A stretch of DNA of 64,000 nucleotides from Paraphysomonas bandaiensis (Eukaryota; Protista; Chrysophyceae): positions 1 through 64,000 of the forward strand of contig CBFFRP010000111.1 in NCBI GenBank assembly GCA_965644295.1, given 5' to 3'. The translations under genes and the position numbers were made by a program. The stretch's first letter is position 1. Each line of letters begins with the position of its first letter. Below the pieces are notes generated by a model. It saw nothing but the letters and a program-made list of their open reading frames with translations, was not told the DNA's origin and did no database searches. This document shows, one piece after another, positions 61,639-64,000 of the stretch.

Positions 61639-64000
61639 ATGATCTCATCCATATATTTCATATATATATTACTAATCCACACTGCTAGTTATCATGCTAC
61701 TATATACAATGCTATTACAAAAGAAGAAATCAATTATACATGGTTAGAAATAGGCTTTACTAATATTACAGATCATACATGGACAACTATACAGTCAGAT
61801 ACTCATAACTTCATTGATCCAGTTGTATTTATCAGCAAACCAGATATTGATGAGTTATTATTATTTCCAGTGGAACCTCGTGTACGAAATGTTCATGTAT
61901 TGGACGGTAGTGTATCGTTTGATGTAAAGTTATATATTGCAAACGACAGCTATTGTGTTGATACATGGTACACGCCGATTCCTCTCGGACCACCTAAACG
62001 TATTTCCTGGGTAATAGTTGAACAAGGAGCATACAACATATCAGACAAACGTATGTATGTAAGAAAAGATAACATTACTAGGACGTCTGCCTCAGGCTCT
62101 GAGAGTATGGTGTCAGTAAACTACCCTTCCGGATGTGACTCAGAAAATACGTCGTGTTCCTTCTCTGTTCCCGGAAATATTGTAGTAATTTCTCAACTAC
62201 AAACCTTGGTGTATGACAGATTTTTGTCTTCGAGAATATCGAAAGTGCGAAATACACAAGTAACATTTATTTTACAGCCCCATGATTCAAGTGATTCCAG
62301 TTACTACTCTATGCCTGACCCCGAAACCATTGCATTTTTGGCAATGGAGAATAACTTTATGATGTCATGTATGGAAGGTGGTGGCTTTGAGCTAGCTCAA
62401 CTGAGTTCAGTCAGCCATGAATCCAGTGCTATCAGTTTTGGCTTAAGTTACCAAAATATTCCTGGTGTGTTTGGGTCAATCGGATCGACGAATGGACTCG
62501 GTGACTCCACCTCTTTAAGAATATTTTCCCAGTCTTATGCATCAGCAGAATTGCGAGCCCAGGAAGATCAATGTGAAGATGAAGAAATGGTGCACATATC
62601 GGAGCGTGTATTTATAATGGCTTTTGGTGAGATCGATACCTCAGTGGCTATGGATTCACAGCTGTGTTACATTCGATTTCATCCTGAATTCACCTCAGGT
62701 CCAACTATTTCACCGTCTTCCTATCCGTCGTGTGAACCATCATCAGTACCATCGTTGACTCCCACTGCTTGTCCTAGCAGCATTCCATCTGCTGCACCTT
62801 CCTCTGAACCCACATCTCAACCTTCATTTGTCCCATCGTCCATCCCATCTTGCGAGCCATCTTCCAGGCCATCGCAGAGTCCAACTGCATGCCCAAGCTC
62901 TGTTCCATCTGCGACACCAACCTCTGTGCCCACCTCTGAACCGTCATCCGGGCCATCGTCAGCCCCCAGTGCTTGCCCAAGTAACACTCCATCATCCGTC
63001 CCATCTTCGTTGCCGTCGTCGACCCCCACTGCTTGCCCAAGTACCATTCCATCATCCGTCCCATCATCACTGCCGTCGTCTGGCCCCACTGCTTGCCCAA
63101 GTACCATTCCATCATCCGTCCCATCATCACTGCCGTCGTCTGGCCCCACTGCTTGCCCAAGTACCATTCCATCATCCGTCCCATCATCATTGCCATCGTT
63201 GACTCCCACTGCTTGTCCAAGCAGCATTCCATCATCCGTCCCATCATCATTGCCATCGTTGACTCCCACTGCTTGTCCAAGCAGCATTCCATCAGCAACA
63301 CCTTCCTCTGAACCTACATCTGAACCTTCATTTGTCCCGTCTTCCATTCCATCTTGTGAACCATCATCCAGACCATCGTGGAGTCCCACTGCGTTCCCAA
63401 GTACCATTCCATCTGCCTCTCCTAGTTTAGTTCCGACAGGTGCACCATCGACATATCCATCAAGCGTGCCGTCTGGAGAGCCATCCAGCTGTCCCACTAG
63501 CAAGCCTACATCTTTGCCATCGACTTTTCCAACAGCTGTGCCATCTTTTTCTCCATCAGCCAGTCCCACCACTATGCCTACCAGTCTACCATCCTCGCTG
63601 CCGACATCGCTCCCTAGCAGCACGCCCAGTGGCCTACCATCAACTATTCCCACAGGGTTGCCTTCTCTATTTCCAAGTGCGGTACCTTCTTCGTACCCCA
63701 CTCGAGCTTCGGCTAATAACTATTATTATAATTTTGACAGCAGAACATTGCTGGATACTTCTCCAATCAGTGGTGATATCATGTTCCAGTTCTATGTTAA
63801 CACTGCGAACGATCTACAAACGGTCAAATCAAACTGGCTACGTTTTCTAGATGATTATTTTGTCACACCATTTAACATCGACTACTACCAGTTGGAAATG
63901 TGGGTGGCGTGGTTAGATTATAGACGCTCTTTGATATTGGAATGGTCCAGCACTTGTGCCGAGGTAGCTGCTGTAGGGGACTTGGTTGGGACAGTGATGG
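61639..64000 (+). CDS. Secreted/surface protein: signal peptide, three tandem beta-rich lectin-like domains, Pro/Ser/Thr mucin stalk, further domain; open to the window end (absent from ORF track)
   Basis: My translation from ATG 61639: MISSIYFIYILLIHTASYHA...WTTIQSDTHNFIDPVVFIS...PRVRNV...FDVKL...ISWVIVEQG...SQLQT...ETIAFLAME...PGVFGSI...QEDQCEDEEMVHISERV..., then PSxxPSxxPT repeats, with no stop up to 64000. Confidence 0.88.
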   Translation, partial: MISSIYFIYILLIHTASYHATIYNAITKEEINYTWLEIGFTNITDHTWTTIQSDTHNFIDPVVFISKPDIDELLLFPVEPRVRNVHVLDGSVSFDVKLYIANDSYCVDTWYTPIPLGPPKRISWVIVEQGAYNISDKRMYVRKDNITRTSASGSESMVSVNYPSGCDSENTSCSFSVPGNIVVISQLQTLVYDRFLSSRISKVRNTQVTFILQPHDSSDSSYYSMPDPETIAFLAMENNFMMSCMEGGGFELAQLSSVSHESSAISFGLSYQNIPGVFGSIGSTNGLGDSTSLRIFSQSYASAELRAQEDQCEDEEMVHISERVFIMAFGEIDTSVAMDSQLCYIRFHPEFTSGPTISPSSYPSCEPSSVPSLTPTACPSSIPSAAPSSEPTSQPSFVPSSIPSCEPSSRPSQSPTACPSSVPSATPTSVPTSEPSSGPSSAPSACPSNTPSSVPSSLPSSTPTACPSTIPSSVPSSLPSSGPTACPSTIPSSVPSSLPSSGPTACPSTIPSSVPSSLPSLTPTACPSSIPSSVPSSLPSLTPTACPSSIPSATPSSEPTSEPSFVPSSIPSCEPSSRPSWSPTAFPSTIPSASPSLVPTGAPSTYPSSVPSGEPSSCPTSKPTSLPSTFPTAVPSFSPSASPTTMPTSLPSSLPTSLPSSTPSGLPSTIPTGLPSLFPSAVPSSYPTRASANNYYYNFDSRTLLDTSPISGDIMFQFYVNTANDLQTVKSNWLRFLDDYFVTPFNIDYYQLEMWVAWLDYRRSLILEWSSTCAEVAAVGDLVGTVM
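62700..63700 (+). repeat. Coding P-x-x-x repeat tract, including about 5-6 near-perfect 60-bp units (PTACPSTIPSSVPSSLPSSG)
   Basis: CCCACTGCTTG(C/T)CCAAG recurs every 60 bp from ~62965 to ~63290. Confidence 0.93.

Noticed and set aside
62774-63701. Minus-strand G-x-x-D-G repeat ORFs (294 aa and 175 aa)
   Set aside because: Antisense shadow of the plus-strand Pro/Ser mucin tract, which has a signal peptide and flanking globular domains in frame.

Overview
Compact, intron-containing eukaryotic nuclear DNA with short GT-AG introns of about 45-90 bp. Gene content and the P-x-x-x-P mucin gene suggest a stramenopile or other protist (inference). I find about 19 protein genes, 16 of them in eight head-to-head pairs. 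The shared promoter regions and first introns are loaded with (TACA/TATG)n microsatellites and ApT-rich sequence. Recognisable genes: SDR, TLC protein, GT41/OGT-like, fatty-acid elongase, aldo-keto reductase, PAQR, proteasome beta-6 (PSMB1), a trithorax/MLL-like SET methyltransferase with a 13 x 117-bp coding minisatellite, threonine aldolase, and a beta-MPP paralogue whose Zn motif reads HxxER. A secreted lectin-like/mucin ORF missing from the ORF track runs off the right end. There are two related Ty1/copia retrotransposons: a decayed one truncated at the left edge, and a full-length young copy (45153-50606) with apparently identical 293-bp TA...CA LTRs and a GTAAG TSD. Small hAT-type MITEs and foldback elements sit in the intergenic gaps. 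The most unusual items are three domain architectures: an intronless ARM-TIR-SAM protein with the TIR catalytic Glu intact (SARM1-like parts in a different order), a signal-peptide YHYH domain fused to a DUF4239-type membrane domain, and an RP2/TBCC domain fused to an F420/NADP-oxidoreductase-like Rossmann domain. All family assignments come from motif recognition by eye; no database searches were run.
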